From positions 1-57,404 of the forward strand of contig DASTJB010000318.1 of the NCBI GenBank assembly GCA_035717005.1: a stretch of 57,404 bases of DNA. Reading direction: 5' to 3'. This stretch comes from Candidatus Angelobacter sp. (GTDB lineage Bacteria; Acidobacteriota; Terriglobia; Terriglobales; Acidobacteriaceae). Positions within the stretch are counted from its first letter, which is position 1. Each line of letters opens with the position of its first letter. Shown piece by piece: positions 1 to 10,038 of this stretch. The translations under genes and the position numbers were made by a program. Under the pieces are notes generated by a model that was not told where the DNA came from, did not search any database, and was given only the letters and a program-made list of their open reading frames with translations.

Positions 1-62
1 AAGACCGTTGCCCCCACCGCCAGACAAACAATTCCTATACCTAAGGCATATCTTTTTCTCAT
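1..62 (-). CDS. 5' end of a gene that runs off the left edge. The N-terminus MRKRYALGIGIVCLAVGATV looks like a signal peptide.
   Basis: Minus-strand ATG at 62-60 is preceded by AGGAG with a 6-nt spacer (revcomp of 63-75). The N-terminus is basic then hydrophobic. Only 20 codons are visible. Confidence 0.35.
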   Translation of the reverse strand, partial: MRKRYALGIGIVCLAVGATV

Positions 63-213
63 GGAACTCTCCTGAGCTGTTTGATTTGCAACTTGGGTGG
101 GAACCTTACGCCGGAAGGTGCAGATTGTCAATTTGTATGGAAATAGGAAGCATTCTGAACCAGGCGGCTGGAAGATTAAGCACTTTCGGCGAAACAACCC
201 CGATTCCTGCAGC

Positions 214-792
214 CTAGTGCGCTTGAGAGAGTCGGAAGCAGCGCGCCTTCTCGTCCCAGTAGATGCGTGCTTTGTACGCCTCCCATGCTGTTTGCCACTG
301 CTCCTGCAGAAATTTTCTCCCGCGTCGTTTCAGGAACCCGGTCCAGCAGTTTTCAGCGGCATCCTTGCACCCTTCCCAGGGAGACTCCACACCCGGAAGA
401 TTGAAGGTCTTCCAGTCGGAATCGAGGAACAGATCATTCAAGATGAAGAATGCCAAATCGCCGGTCGTATTGAATGACCAGTAGTCGTTGATCGGCCTTT
501 TCATCGGGCGGGTTTCAATGACTTGCGAGATCAGAACAGGAATGGCGTCTTTTCCCGCTGCGATGATCTGGTCCATCATCCGCGAAGAGCAATACTCCTT
601 GTCCTGGAGCCGGCCTTTGGCGCGGCAGGAGTCGTTGATTTCATCGAATTTCCAAAGCGGAAACTTTTTGACTCTGGTGGCATGCGAAGCGGAGGCGGGC
701 GCAGTCTGGCACGGAGCGCTGACGCCCAGGGACAGCGCAAGCGCTGTGGCCGCGAGCCCGATGATCTTCAGACAACCCGAGACATGATTCAT
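214..792 (-). CDS. Hypothetical secreted protein, 192 aa
   Basis: Complete ORF. The N-terminus MNHVSGCLKIIGLAATALALSLGVSAPCQT is signal-peptide-like. Its ATG overlaps the TGA stop of the upstream gene (ATGA at 789-792). No family recognised. Confidence 0.6.
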   Translation of the reverse strand: MNHVSGCLKIIGLAATALALSLGVSAPCQTAPASASHATRVKKFPLWKFDEINDSCRAKGRLQDKEYCSSRMMDQIIAAGKDAIPVLISQVIETRPMKRPINDYWSFNTTGDLAFFILNDLFLDSDWKTFNLPGVESPWEGCKDAAENCWTGFLKRRGRKFLQEQWQTAWEAYKARIYWDEKARCFRLSQAH

Positions 793-1322
793 TGTGATGC
801 GGTCAGCCTGCGAACTATTTCCTCCGCCACGGCGTCAGCGCGCGCAGCGATCTGCTGCGGCGTCTGGTCCTGGATGGGATGTTGGACGTATACGGCGTCA
901 AAGCCTGACCGTCCCAGCGCGCTGGCCTGAACGCGCGCCGGCGCGGCGAACTCAGTGGTCGCGACCGGCACTGCCGGAACGCCCAGATTTTCCAGCTGGA
1001 TGGTATCGTGCAAACTGCACGTGGTGCACGACCCTCAATCGGCCAGCCCTTCAACCACCGCGTCCAGCCCACGCAGCTGCTCGATCACCTGCGGCGGCGC
1101 ATTCTTGGCGTAGGTTGGCTTGCGCGCGCGGATGATCTCGGCCGCGCCATACTTCGTCTTGAAGATTTCTGCCAAACGATCGAGGAAGAAGTTGCCGCCG
1201 GGCTTGCTGATATCGAGCAGGCCAAGCCTCTTGCCCCTGAGCGCCGCCAGCCTGGCGGGCGGTGCGCCTGCCCGGGGCACGTTTTCATTTCCGGGATGAA
1301 CGATCGTGATCGCCATACTCAC
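789..1322 (-). CDS. UxxC selenoprotein (UGSC-type), 177 aa, with an in-frame TGA at 1035-1037 read as selenocysteine
   Basis: ORFs 1035..1322 and 789..1013 are in the same frame and separated only by the TGA. Read-through gives ...VVEGLAD-U-GSCTTCSLHDTIQLENLGVP.... A strong SD (AAGGAG) precedes the ATG at 1322. A hairpin lies directly 3' of the TGA. Confidence 0.7.
1005..1032 (-). promoter_or_regulatory. SECIS-like hairpin immediately downstream of the in-frame UGA
   Basis: mRNA positions +6 to +33 from the UGA: GUCGUGCA pairs with UGCACGAU (8 bp including one G-U), with the 12-nt loop CCACGUGCAGUU. The position matches where bacterial SECIS elements sit. The exact fold is not verified. Confidence 0.45.
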
Positions 1323-1325
1323 TCC

Positions 1326-2873
1326 TTATTTATCCGGAATCGGATAGGTCACCATCTGGCTGCCTGTTGGGCCCGTGGCCCAGCTTCCGAGCACCGCAGA
1401 AAACTTTCCTGCCGTGCCTCCGGCCACAAAGATGTGGATCTGTTCGGGCGAGCGGAATTTCTGGTAGCACTTCTCGCCGCGCACCGTGATCTCTTTGTAG
1501 TTGGCGGCCAGCTGAGTACCCTCAGCGCGCTCCGCTGCTTCATAGTAGCGCAGCGGAACGCCCGTGTTCTCGAACAAATACTGCCGTGCCTGCTCTTGGC
1601 TGAAGCCGTCGCGGGCGATGGTCTTCACGTGCTCGGGACAGAGGACGACAATCGCTTCCGGCATCAGGCACATACGATAACTCCACACTGTCGCGAGCGC
1701 GAATGAGATCGTCTCCAGCACGGTCTTGCCCGCTGGCGCGGTGTGCTCGCTCACGCCGCGCGGCGGCTCAGCGGCAAATAGCGAGAGGGCGCTTTGCTCG
1801 CGCTTGAGGCCGCGCATGACGTGAAACGGTTCCCACGGATTCTCTTCTTCATTTTCGGCAATGCAGAAAGAAAACTTCCCCGAATTGCCCAGAGCGGACA
1901 TGTCGATCCCATCCGGCCGTCCGCCGCCGATGTTCAGCAAGATGAGCTGGAAGGCGCGTCCCAGCGTGCTGTTAGCGCGCGCGACGTTGGAGAAAACATT
2001 CTGCTTTGACCAGAAGCCCAGTTCATGCCGGACCGGGCCGTTGATCATCACCAGCGGCGCGGCAAAGTGTGTGGTTGCCTGCACGCCGTGGATGTTGAAA
2101 CGCTCGTCGCAGGCGGCGCGCACCAGCGGCAGGAGCACGCGCATCATCTCCGGCAGGCAGCCGGCCATCACAGCGTTCGCCGCGATCTTTTCGACTGTCG
2201 CTTCGCCGTAAACCGGAGGCACGCGAGCAATGACCGTCTCTCCGCGCAGGCCGCTCGCCTCGATCATGGCATCTACTTTCTCGGTGGTCGGCGGGATGAC
2301 GGGCAGGGCATCACCGAATTGGCGATAGCAATACTCGAAAGGATCTTCAGCTTCGGCCAGGGGGATACGTGATGCTGGTTCAGCCACGCGCCGAAGCAAG
2401 GGCACGCCACCCGGCTGGCCAGCGTCGTGCAACTCCGGTTCCAAGTGCCGGGAACTGCATCCCGGCTTCCAGGCCGGTGCACCATCATCCTCAGGCGCGA
2501 TCGGTGCATGTTGAAGCGCGGCGGCAAGCTCGTTCAAGCCTTTCTTGTCGAAGCCCACCAGCGTGCGCTGCACCTGGCCGTGTTGGTCGAGAAGATAGAA
2601 CGTCGGAACTGACTGCGGATCGTAGGTGCGGGAAATCTTCAGCCCACGGTCAAGTTCCACCGGATACGCGATCCCCAACTGCCGCACAAACTCTCGCGTT
2701 GAAGCTTCGTCATCCTGTGACAGGCCGATCAACTGGACGGAATCGCTTTTGATGGCGTTGAGATATGGCAGCGCAAGCTGGCAGGTAGGGCAATCGGTCT
2801 CAAAGAAGACCAGCACCGCTTTCTTGCCTGGCTGCAGGCCGGGGATCGCCGGAGATTTCTCGACTTGCGGCAT
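1326..2873 (-). CDS. Thioredoxin-fold (TlpA/redoxin-like, CPTC motif) N-terminal domain fused to an uncharacterised C-terminal domain of about 360 aa
   Basis: 515-aa ORF. The N-terminus VLVFFETDCPTCQLALPYLN... is a thioredoxin-like CxxC motif. I do not recognise the C-terminal two thirds. The stop lies 3 nt before the SD/ATG of the selenoprotein gene. Confidence 0.75.
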   Translation of the reverse strand: MPQVEKSPAIPGLQPGKKAVLVFFETDCPTCQLALPYLNAIKSDSVQLIGLSQDDEASTREFVRQLGIAYPVELDRGLKISRTYDPQSVPTFYLLDQHGQVQRTLVGFDKKGLNELAAALQHAPIAPEDDGAPAWKPGCSSRHLEPELHDAGQPGGVPLLRRVAEPASRIPLAEAEDPFEYCYRQFGDALPVIPPTTEKVDAMIEASGLRGETVIARVPPVYGEATVEKIAANAVMAGCLPEMMRVLLPLVRAACDERFNIHGVQATTHFAAPLVMINGPVRHELGFWSKQNVFSNVARANSTLGRAFQLILLNIGGGRPDGIDMSALGNSGKFSFCIAENEEENPWEPFHVMRGLKREQSALSLFAAEPPRGVSEHTAPAGKTVLETISFALATVWSYRMCLMPEAIVVLCPEHVKTIARDGFSQEQARQYLFENTGVPLRYYEAAERAEGTQLAANYKEITVRGEKCYQKFRSPEQIHIFVAGGTAGKFSAVLGSWATGPTGSQMVTYPIPDK

Positions 2874-2949
2874 AGATCTCTAAAGATAGATAGGGAAGGA
2901 ACTTTCGGCAAGGCATTGCCTGCCTGCCCCTACCGCACGTTTTAGAGGA

Positions 2950-3552
2950 TTACTGAAGGTGGGAAAAGTTTCGTCTTTTTTGTTCGTACTGTGCGATCTC
3001 CGCTTCATGCTTCAGCGTCATGCCGATTTCATCCAAACCTTCCAGCAGGCAGGTGCGGGTAAACGGGTCGATCTGGAAATGTGCCTGAAATCCTCCGTTG
3101 CCGCTGACCTGGCACTGTTCCAGATCGATTTTGAGTGTGTAAAAGCCCGCTGTGTCGCGTGCCGTCAGTTGCGCAATCTCACTCGGCCGCAGCACCACCG
3201 TGAGCAGTCCGTTCTTGAGGCAATTGTTGGCGAAGATGTCAGCGAATGAAGGAGCGATGATGGCACAAAAGCCGTAGTCGCGCAGCGCCCAGACGGCATG
3301 CTCGCGCGAGGAGCCGCAACCGAAGTTCTTCCCGGCCAGCAGAATGCTTGCGCCGCGGTACTGGGGCGCGTTCAGCGGAAAGCCAGGATCGGGCGAGCCA
3401 CCGCGGTCATAGCGCCAGTCGAAGAAGAGAAAATCGCCGTAGCCGGTGCGCTCGATCCGCTTCAGGAACTGCTTGGGGATGATCTGATCGGTATCGATGT
3501 TGTCGCGCTGGAGCACGGCCACAATTCCTGAGTGAACAGTGAAGCTCTGCAT
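2950..3552 (-). CDS. leuD: 3-isopropylmalate dehydratase small subunit
   Basis: MQSFTVHSGIVAVLQRDNIDTDQIIPKQFLKRIERTGYG... is typical LeuD. The start was moved to the ATG at 3552, directly after the leuC stop (3554-3556). Confidence 0.9.
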   Translation of the reverse strand: MQSFTVHSGIVAVLQRDNIDTDQIIPKQFLKRIERTGYGDFLFFDWRYDRGGSPDPGFPLNAPQYRGASILLAGKNFGCGSSREHAVWALRDYGFCAIIAPSFADIFANNCLKNGLLTVVLRPSEIAQLTARDTAGFYTLKIDLEQCQVSGNGGFQAHFQIDPFTRTCLLEGLDEIGMTLKHEAEIAQYEQKRRNFSHLQ

Positions 3553-3553
3553 A

Positions 3554-4972
3554 TCAATCCTTGTAGTGCCAGTGGCGCACGTCGACAAAGCGCCCGGTCA
3601 CCGCGGCCGCCGCGGCCATGGCCGGGCTCACCAGGTGCGTACGACCGCCGGCGCCCTGGCGGCCTTCAAAATTGCGATTGCTGGTGGAGGCGCAGCGCTC
3701 ACCCGGCTTCAGCCGGTCAGGGTTCATGCCCAGGCACATGGAGCAGCCGGATTCCCGCCATTCGAAGCCGGCGTCAGTGAAAATACGGTGCAGGCCTTCC
3801 TGTTCGGCCGCGCGTTTCACCTGCTGCGAGCCAGGAACGATCATCGCGTGGACTCCACGGGAAACCTTGTAGCCTTTTACGACGCGCGCCGCGCTGCGTA
3901 TGTCTTCCAGACGCGCATTGGTGCACGACCCGATGAATACGCGATCAACGGCGATCTCTTCAATCCGCGTGTGCGGCCGCAAGCCCATGTACTCGAGCGC
4001 GCGGGCGATGCCGTTGCGCTCGGAGTCGCTGGCGCCTCCCTCAGGATCAGGGACTTCTCCCGTTACCGGCGCAGCCATTCCCGGGTTGGTGCCCCAGGTA
4101 ACGAACGGAGCAATCTGCGCGGTGTTGATTTCGACGGTGGAATCGAAGCGAGCCCCCGGATCGGTGCTTAACGTCGTCCAATCTTTTTCCGCCGCGTCCC
4201 AGGCTTTCTCTTTCGGTGCAAAGCGCCGGCCTTTCAGGTAATCGAAAGTTATCTGGTCCGGTGCGACCAGCCCGGCGCGCGCACCGCCTTCGATACTCAT
4301 ATTGCAGATGGTCATTCGCGCGTCCATGGAGAGCGCGCGAATGGCCTCGCCCGAATATTCAATCACGTGACCGGCGGCGCCATCCGTGCCAATCTGCGCG
4401 ATCAGCGCCAGAATCATGTCCTTCGCAGTGACGCCCGGGCCAATCTTGCCGGCGAATTGCACCAGCATCGACTTTGGTTTTTTCTGCACCAGGCACTGCG
4501 TCGCCATCACGTGCTCGACCTCCGAGGTGCCGATCCCGAACGCCAGCGCGCCGAAGGCGCCGTGCGTGCTGGTATGACTGTCACCGCATACGATCGTCAT
4601 ACCCGGTTGCGTCAGGCCAAGTTCGGGGCCGATGACGTGCACGATTCCCTGCTCCGGCGCGTCCAGATCAAACAGGGGCACGCGGAACTCGCGGCAATTT
4701 TTCCTCAACTCCTCCACCTGCGTGCGCGCCAGCGCGTCTTCTATGACCATGCGGTTACCGGCGGTCGGAATGTTGTGATCGAGCGTGGCAAAAGTGAGGT
4801 CAGGCCGGCGCAGTTTGCGCCCGGCTTCACGCAATCCGGCAAACGCCTGCGGCGAGGTGACCTCATGCACCAGGTGCAGATCGATATAAAGGATGGCCGA
4901 GCCCTCAGGCCCGGCGCAGACCACGTGGCGGTCCCAGACTTTGTCGAAGAGGGTGCGGGCAGTCATAGGCAA
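3554..4972 (-). CDS. leuC: 3-isopropylmalate dehydratase large subunit
   Basis: 472-aa aconitase-family protein. It has the CGDSHT and [10 protein letters not shown] Fe-S ligand motifs and sits between leuB and leuD. Confidence 0.95.
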   Translation of the reverse strand: MPMTARTLFDKVWDRHVVCAGPEGSAILYIDLHLVHEVTSPQAFAGLREAGRKLRRPDLTFATLDHNIPTAGNRMVIEDALARTQVEELRKNCREFRVPLFDLDAPEQGIVHVIGPELGLTQPGMTIVCGDSHTSTHGAFGALAFGIGTSEVEHVMATQCLVQKKPKSMLVQFAGKIGPGVTAKDMILALIAQIGTDGAAGHVIEYSGEAIRALSMDARMTICNMSIEGGARAGLVAPDQITFDYLKGRRFAPKEKAWDAAEKDWTTLSTDPGARFDSTVEINTAQIAPFVTWGTNPGMAAPVTGEVPDPEGGASDSERNGIARALEYMGLRPHTRIEEIAVDRVFIGSCTNARLEDIRSAARVVKGYKVSRGVHAMIVPGSQQVKRAAEQEGLHRIFTDAGFEWRESGCSMCLGMNPDRLKPGERCASTSNRNFEGRQGAGGRTHLVSPAMAAAAAVTGRFVDVRHWHYKD

Positions 4973-4978
4973 AAACTT

Positions 4979-6091
4979 CTACACAGCATGGTATGAGAAT
5001 CTGCGATCGAGCCGGGCGGCAAAGCGCTGCTCCACCAGTTCGCCCATCTCGCGCGTGCTCACTTCGTGCTTGCCCGGGCGCGCCAGATCGGCGGTGACAT
5101 AGCCCTCGTCGAGCACCTGGCGGATTGCCGCCTCCAGGTCCGCGGCCTCATGATGCATGCCGGCCGAAAGGCGCAGCAACATCGCGGCCGAGGCGATCGC
5201 TCCCATGGGGTTCGCGATCCCCTGGCCGGCGATGTCCGGTGCGGAGCCATGCACCGGCTCATACAGATCAACTGCGCCTCCGATGGTTGCCGATGCCAGC
5301 ATACCCAGCGATCCGGTAATGGCGGCGGCTTCGTCGGAAAGAATGTCGCCGAAAAGATTCTCCGTCAGCACCACGTCAAAGCGCGTGGGATTGGTGATCA
5401 GATGCATGGCGCAGGCGTCCACGTACATGTGATCGAGCTTCACGTCAGGATACTCTCTTGCCACCTGGGTGACTGTCCGCCGCCACAGTTGCGAAGTCTC
5501 AAGCACATTGGCCTTGTCGACCGACGTAACTTTCTTGCGGCGAGTGCGCGCCTGCTCAAAGGCGATGTGCGCCACGCGCTCAATCTCTTCCGCGGAATAG
5601 CGCATGGTGTTGAAGGCCGAGTCGCTCTGCTGGTCAAAGCCGCGCGGCTGGGCGAAGTAAAGGCCGCCCAGAAGTTCGCGCACGAAGAGCACGTCGGCGC
5701 CCTCCACCCGCGATCGCTGCAATGGAGAGCAATCAGCGATCGCGGGGAACGAAACGGCGGGCCGCAGGTTGGCAAACCCGCCGAGTGCTGTGCGCAGCCC
5801 GAGCAGGCCGGCTTCGGGCTTCTGCTGTGTGGGCAGATGATCAAATTCGGCGGCGCCCACCGCGCCAAGAAAAACGGCGTCACTCTTCAAGCAGGCATCG
5901 AGCGTGGTTCCCGGCAGCGGTGTGCCGTGGGTGCGGATGGCCGCACCGCCAATGGGCTTTTCGTCGCAAACAAATTCGCAATCGGAAAAATGGCCCACCG
6001 CGCGCAAAATACGCACGGCTTCACGAGTAACCTCCGGACCAACTCCATCACCGGGGAGAACTGTCAATCTGAAACGCATTGAATTCGGCAC
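4979..6091 (-). CDS. leuB: 3-isopropylmalate dehydrogenase
   Basis: 370 aa. The [11 protein letters not shown]-terminus and [12 protein letters not shown] motif mark the isocitrate/isopropylmalate dehydrogenase family. Sits in leu operon context. Confidence 0.95.
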   Translation of the reverse strand: MPNSMRFRLTVLPGDGVGPEVTREAVRILRAVGHFSDCEFVCDEKPIGGAAIRTHGTPLPGTTLDACLKSDAVFLGAVGAAEFDHLPTQQKPEAGLLGLRTALGGFANLRPAVSFPAIADCSPLQRSRVEGADVLFVRELLGGLYFAQPRGFDQQSDSAFNTMRYSAEEIERVAHIAFEQARTRRKKVTSVDKANVLETSQLWRRTVTQVAREYPDVKLDHMYVDACAMHLITNPTRFDVVLTENLFGDILSDEAAAITGSLGMLASATIGGAVDLYEPVHGSAPDIAGQGIANPMGAIASAAMLLRLSAGMHHEAADLEAAIRQVLDEGYVTADLARPGKHEVSTREMGELVEQRFAARLDRRFSYHAV

Positions 6092-6117
6092 CTTGTCTTT
6101 CTTGATCTCAAAAATGT

Positions 6118-7302
6118 CTAGCTCGCGGCGTGCGCAGCGGCGCGCTGGCGGGTTGCGATCGGAAGCAGTGAGAGCAGGTCCTGATCGTAGATCTTCTTCT
6201 TGCTCTCGGCCAGCTTCATGAAGCGCGTATAGACGGAATCCAGTTCCGGACCCGAAGCGCTGAAGCCGAGTTCGGCCAGCCGCTTGCCCAGCGCGTGGCG
6301 GCCGGAGTGCTTGCCCAGCACCAGCTTGTTTCCCGGAACGCCGACGGACTCGGGCGTCATGATCTCGTAGCAGAGCGGATTGGCGATTACGCCATGCTGG
6401 TGAATGCCGGCCTCATGCGCAAACGCATTGCGGCCGACGATGGCCTTGTTCGGTTGCGGCGTGAACCCGATGATCTCCGAAAGCAGACAGCTCGCCGGAT
6501 AGATCTGCTTCGTGTTGATCCCGGTCTGATACGGAAGCTGGGCCTGGCGGACGTTCAACACCATGGCAATCTCTTCCAGCGAGGCGTTGCCCGCGCGCTC
6601 GCCAATCCCGTTGATGGTGCACTCCACCTGGCGAGCGCCTTCGTTGAGCGCGGCTATGGTGTTCGCGACGGCCAGCCCAAGGTCGTTGTGGCAATGGACG
6701 GAGATGGTTACGTTTTCGATCCCGCTCACGCGCTCGCGAAGGGAGCGGATGATGGAGGCGAACTCGTCAGGAATCGAGTAGCCGACCGTGTCAGGGATAT
6801 TGATGGTGGTGGCGCCGGCATCGACCGCGGCCTGCACGAACTTGCACAAAAAATCGAGATCGGAGCGTGTGGCGTCTTCCGGCGAGAACTCGACGTCATC
6901 GCAGAGCGACTTGGCTAAGGCCACTGCCGCGTAGACCTGATCGAGGGCCTGCTGGCGCGTGATTTTCAACTTGCATGCCAGATGCAGGTCAGAGCTGGCG
7001 AGAAAAACATGGATGCGGGGACGGTGAGCGCAATCCAGGGCCGCCCAGGCACGGCGAATGTCGGGCTCGCTGGCGCGGGCGAGGCCGGCGATAATGGGCC
7101 GCGAAAGCTCAGTCGAGATCAGGCTGACGGCGCGAAAGTCATCTTCGGACGCGATGGGGAAGCCGGCTTCGATTACGTCGACGCCGAGGGCATCGAGCTG
7201 GCGGGCCATGCGCAACTTGTCATAAACGCCCATGCTGCAGCCGGGCGCCTGTTCGCCGTCACGCAATGTGGTGTCAAAAAAGGTGATACGGGTGTTCGCC
7301 AT
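6118..7302 (-). CDS. leuA: 2-isopropylmalate synthase family enzyme, short form (394 aa) without the C-terminal regulatory domain
   Basis: [19 protein letters not shown] and [13 protein letters not shown] are HMGL-like catalytic motifs. First gene of the leu cluster. The start was set at the ATG at 7302 (MANTR), which has GGAGG upstream. Confidence 0.85.
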   Translation of the reverse strand: MANTRITFFDTTLRDGEQAPGCSMGVYDKLRMARQLDALGVDVIEAGFPIASEDDFRAVSLISTELSRPIIAGLARASEPDIRRAWAALDCAHRPRIHVFLASSDLHLACKLKITRQQALDQVYAAVALAKSLCDDVEFSPEDATRSDLDFLCKFVQAAVDAGATTINIPDTVGYSIPDEFASIIRSLRERVSGIENVTISVHCHNDLGLAVANTIAALNEGARQVECTINGIGERAGNASLEEIAMVLNVRQAQLPYQTGINTKQIYPASCLLSEIIGFTPQPNKAIVGRNAFAHEAGIHQHGVIANPLCYEIMTPESVGVPGNKLVLGKHSGRHALGKRLAELGFSASGPELDSVYTRFMKLAESKKKIYDQDLLSLLPIATRQRAAAHAAS

Positions 7303-7354
7303 GGTCTGATGCCTCCGGGTACGGCAAAGACCCATGTTCCGCTCCCGGAAGCCG

Positions 7355-7369
7355 ATAAGTCAAAGTTAT
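7355..7369. promoter_or_regulatory. Candidate LysR-type T-N11-A box (ATAAGTCAAAGTTAT) in the leuA/lysR divergent region
   Basis: ATAA-N7-TTAT dyad that fits T-N11-A, located between divergent leuA (7302) and the LysR gene (7445). This is a pattern match only. Confidence 0.3.
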
Positions 7370-7444
7370 AATTCTTCTGGTATCATTAGTATTTCTTATT
7401 GTATAAATGGGTCCGAATCAGCGCCGGCAGGAGCGGCGAAGCGC

Positions 7445-8362
7445 ATGGATTTCTTTCAGCTCGAAACTTTCCTGGCTGTGGCGCAGACGGGAAGCTTTTC
7501 CGCGGCGGCCGCGCAGGTGCACCGCACCCAGCCGGCCGTGAGCCAGATGGTGCGCAAACTGGAAGAGGAGGTCGGCGAGCCGCTCTTTGACCGGTCCACG
7601 CGCGACGGCATGCTCACTGACGCCGGGCTTGTGCTCCAGGAATATGCACAGAAGATGCTGAATCTGCGGCGGGAGGCGCGGGCTTCACTGGAAGAGCTGC
7701 GGCAGTTCCAGCGCGGCACTCTGAGCCTGGCCGCCAATGAGTTCACCGCGCTTTATTTGCTGCGCGTGCTGGAAGATTTCCGCCGGTTCTGCCCCATGAT
7801 CAAGATCGCCGTTCACCGGTCGCTGGCCAGCTCGATTGCCGACCAGGTCTCCGACCACACCGTAGAGCTCGGCGTTCTCTCCTTCCGGCCAGAGGGAGCC
7901 CTGCTGCAGTCCATTGTGGTGTTTTGCGACCAGTTGACCTTCGTGGTTCCACCTTCTCATCCGCTGGCCAGGGCGAAGAGCGTAAGCATCCGGCAGCTGG
8001 GAGCGGAGTCGTTTGTGGCGCACAACGTGGTCTCGCCGTATCGGATGAAGGTGTTCGAAGCCTTCAAGAAACACAAGACACCGCTGAACATCGGGGTAGA
8101 AATGCCGACCCTGGACGCCATCAAGCGCTTCGTCGCCGCGGGCAACGGCGTGGCACTGGTGCCGGGCATCGCTGTGGAACCAGAGGTGGCGCGGGGTGAG
8201 CTGGTTGCGGTCCCCGTCAATGAACTGAAGCTGGAGCGCAAGCTGAGGATCGTCTATCGCAAAGGAGGACAGCTTTCCCACGCGGCGCGAGCATTTTTAC
8301 AGGTGGCGGAGTCGATCGCGGGAAAGGGAAAGGGTCCGTATCTGTTCCAGCCGGAGAAATAG
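7445..8362 (+). CDS. LysR-family transcriptional regulator
   Basis: MDFFQLETFLAVAQTGSFSAAAAQVHRTQPAVSQMVRKLEEEVG is a canonical LTTR HTH. The rest of the protein is a substrate-binding domain. Start set at the ATG at 7445. Confidence 0.9.
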   Translation: MDFFQLETFLAVAQTGSFSAAAAQVHRTQPAVSQMVRKLEEEVGEPLFDRSTRDGMLTDAGLVLQEYAQKMLNLRREARASLEELRQFQRGTLSLAANEFTALYLLRVLEDFRRFCPMIKIAVHRSLASSIADQVSDHTVELGVLSFRPEGALLQSIVVFCDQLTFVVPPSHPLARAKSVSIRQLGAESFVAHNVVSPYRMKVFEAFKKHKTPLNIGVEMPTLDAIKRFVAAGNGVALVPGIAVEPEVARGELVAVPVNELKLERKLRIVYRKGGQLSHAARAFLQVAESIAGKGKGPYLFQPEK

Positions 8363-8395
8363 TTTCACTCGGGCGGAGGTCAGGGCGGTTAAGGT

Positions 8396-8590
8396 ATGCT
8401 TAGAAGCATGGAAAAGAAGCCCGCCGACGATCCGAAGAACCGCTTTGCCGAGGTGATCCGCAAATCGCAGCAGCGCCGCCAGGAGCTGAACGAGAAGGCC
8501 AGGAAAAAGCAGATCGAGAATATCGAACCCCCACCGCGCGATGAAGAAGCGCCGGAGTTGGAAGACGAGCCCGGCCCCGAGCAACCCTGA
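8396..8590 (+). CDS. Small, highly charged hypothetical protein (64 aa)
   Basis: ORF only. The composition (K/E/R/P-rich) is coding-like but no family is recognised. Confidence 0.35.
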   Translation: MLRSMEKKPADDPKNRFAEVIRKSQQRRQELNEKARKKQIENIEPPPRDEEAPELEDEPGPEQP

Positions 8591-8731
8591 ATAATCTTCC
8601 AGGATTCATCACGCCAGGGCTGAAGCCCAACTTTTATCGCCTTTACGCGGCCGGCCGCTCCTCCACGGATCGGGATACAGTTACTCTGGAACAACGGTAG
8701 TAGCCAGCGGCCAGCCGCCAGTGGCGAGCGG

Positions 8732-9901
8732 CTAATACTTCGGAACTTTAGGATCGATGCGGTCCGCCCAGGCGAGTATTCCACCAGCCAAGTTCTTCGC
8801 TTTCGTGAACCCAGCCTGGCGCAGGAAGCCGACCGCGCGTGCGCTGCGCACGCCGGAGCGGCAGTGGACCACCATCTCCTTGCTGGGATCAAGCTCATGC
8901 ACGCGGCGGGGCAGATCGTTCAGCGGAATGAGATGGCCGTTGAGGTTGCAGATCTTGTATTCGTGCGGCTCACGGACGTCAAGAATAAAGAGATCGTCTT
9001 TGGCGTCCAACCGCTGCTTCAGTTCTTCCACACTGATTTCAGGAACTCCGGTGTTCACTGGCTTTTCTTCTCCTCGCAATCCGCAGAATTCTTCGTAATC
9101 GATGAGTTTAGTCACACTGGGGTGTGTGCCGCAAACCACGCAGTCAGGGTTCTTGCGCAGCTTGAGCTCGCGGAACTTCATGCCCAGCGCGTCAATCAGC
9201 AGCAGGCGCCCGATCAGCGGCTGGCCGCTGCCCAGAATGAGTTTAATCGCTTCGGTTGCCTGGATCAGGCCGACCAGGCCGGGAAGGATGCCGAGCACTC
9301 CGCCTTCGGCGCATGAAGGCACAAGCCCGGGCGGCGGCGGCTCAGGATATAAGCAGCGGTAGCACGGACCATTTTTGGCGGCAAACACGCTGGCCTGGCC
9401 CTCGAAGCGGAAAATTGAGCCATAAACATTGGGTTTGCCGGTAAAGACGCAGGCATCGTTGACCAGGAAGCGGGTCGGGAAATTGTCCGTACCGTCGACG
9501 ATGATGTCAAAATCGGAAAACAGCTCGAGCGCGTTCTGGCTTGTCAGCTTGGTTTCAAAGGTCTTGATGTTGACGAAGGGGTTAATGGCCGCGATCTTCT
9601 CTTTTGCCGATTCCAGCTTGGAACGCCCGACGTCGCGGGTGAAGTGAATCACCTGGCGCTGAAGATTGGTGAAGTCCACGACATCAAAATCGACCAGCCC
9701 GATGGTGCCGACACCGGCCGCCGAGAGATAGAGCGCCAGCGGCGAGCCGAGACCTCCCGTCCCGATACACAGCACCCGCGCAGCCTTCAGCTTTTGCTGG
9801 CCCTCCATGCCGACCTCGGGCATGATCAGATGCCGGGAGTAGCGAAGCACTTCTTCGTTGTTCAATGAAGGCAGATCGTGGGGCGCCAATGTAGCCGCCA
9901 T
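8732..9901 (-). CDS. moeZ: MoeB/ThiF-type adenylyltransferase (E1-like) with a C-terminal rhodanese domain (MoeZ architecture)
   Basis: RYSRHLIMPEVGMEGQQKL, the GTGGLGSP nucleotide loop, and the CYRCLYP...C Zn motifs. The C-terminal HCRSGVRS is a rhodanese active-site loop. Confidence 0.85.
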   Translation of the reverse strand: MAATLAPHDLPSLNNEEVLRYSRHLIMPEVGMEGQQKLKAARVLCIGTGGLGSPLALYLSAAGVGTIGLVDFDVVDFTNLQRQVIHFTRDVGRSKLESAKEKIAAINPFVNIKTFETKLTSQNALELFSDFDIIVDGTDNFPTRFLVNDACVFTGKPNVYGSIFRFEGQASVFAAKNGPCYRCLYPEPPPPGLVPSCAEGGVLGILPGLVGLIQATEAIKLILGSGQPLIGRLLLIDALGMKFRELKLRKNPDCVVCGTHPSVTKLIDYEEFCGLRGEEKPVNTGVPEISVEELKQRLDAKDDLFILDVREPHEYKICNLNGHLIPLNDLPRRVHELDPSKEMVVHCRSGVRSARAVGFLRQAGFTKAKNLAGGILAWADRIDPKVPKY

Positions 9902-10038
9902 GGGGGAAACCTCTTTTCTTATTCAAATATTGTAAATCGGGACGTTTCAGCTCAGGCGAGACAAGAGAGGGCCCGCATTCGCACGAGGCTGGTACGCGGC
10001 GGCAATGCGGAAATTGACATCACGAAGCCATTATACGC

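Noticed and set aside
5066-6082. 338-aa plus-strand ORF overlapping leuB
   Set aside because: It is antisense to an unambiguous 3-isopropylmalate dehydrogenase. The composition is typical of a GC-rich shadow frame.
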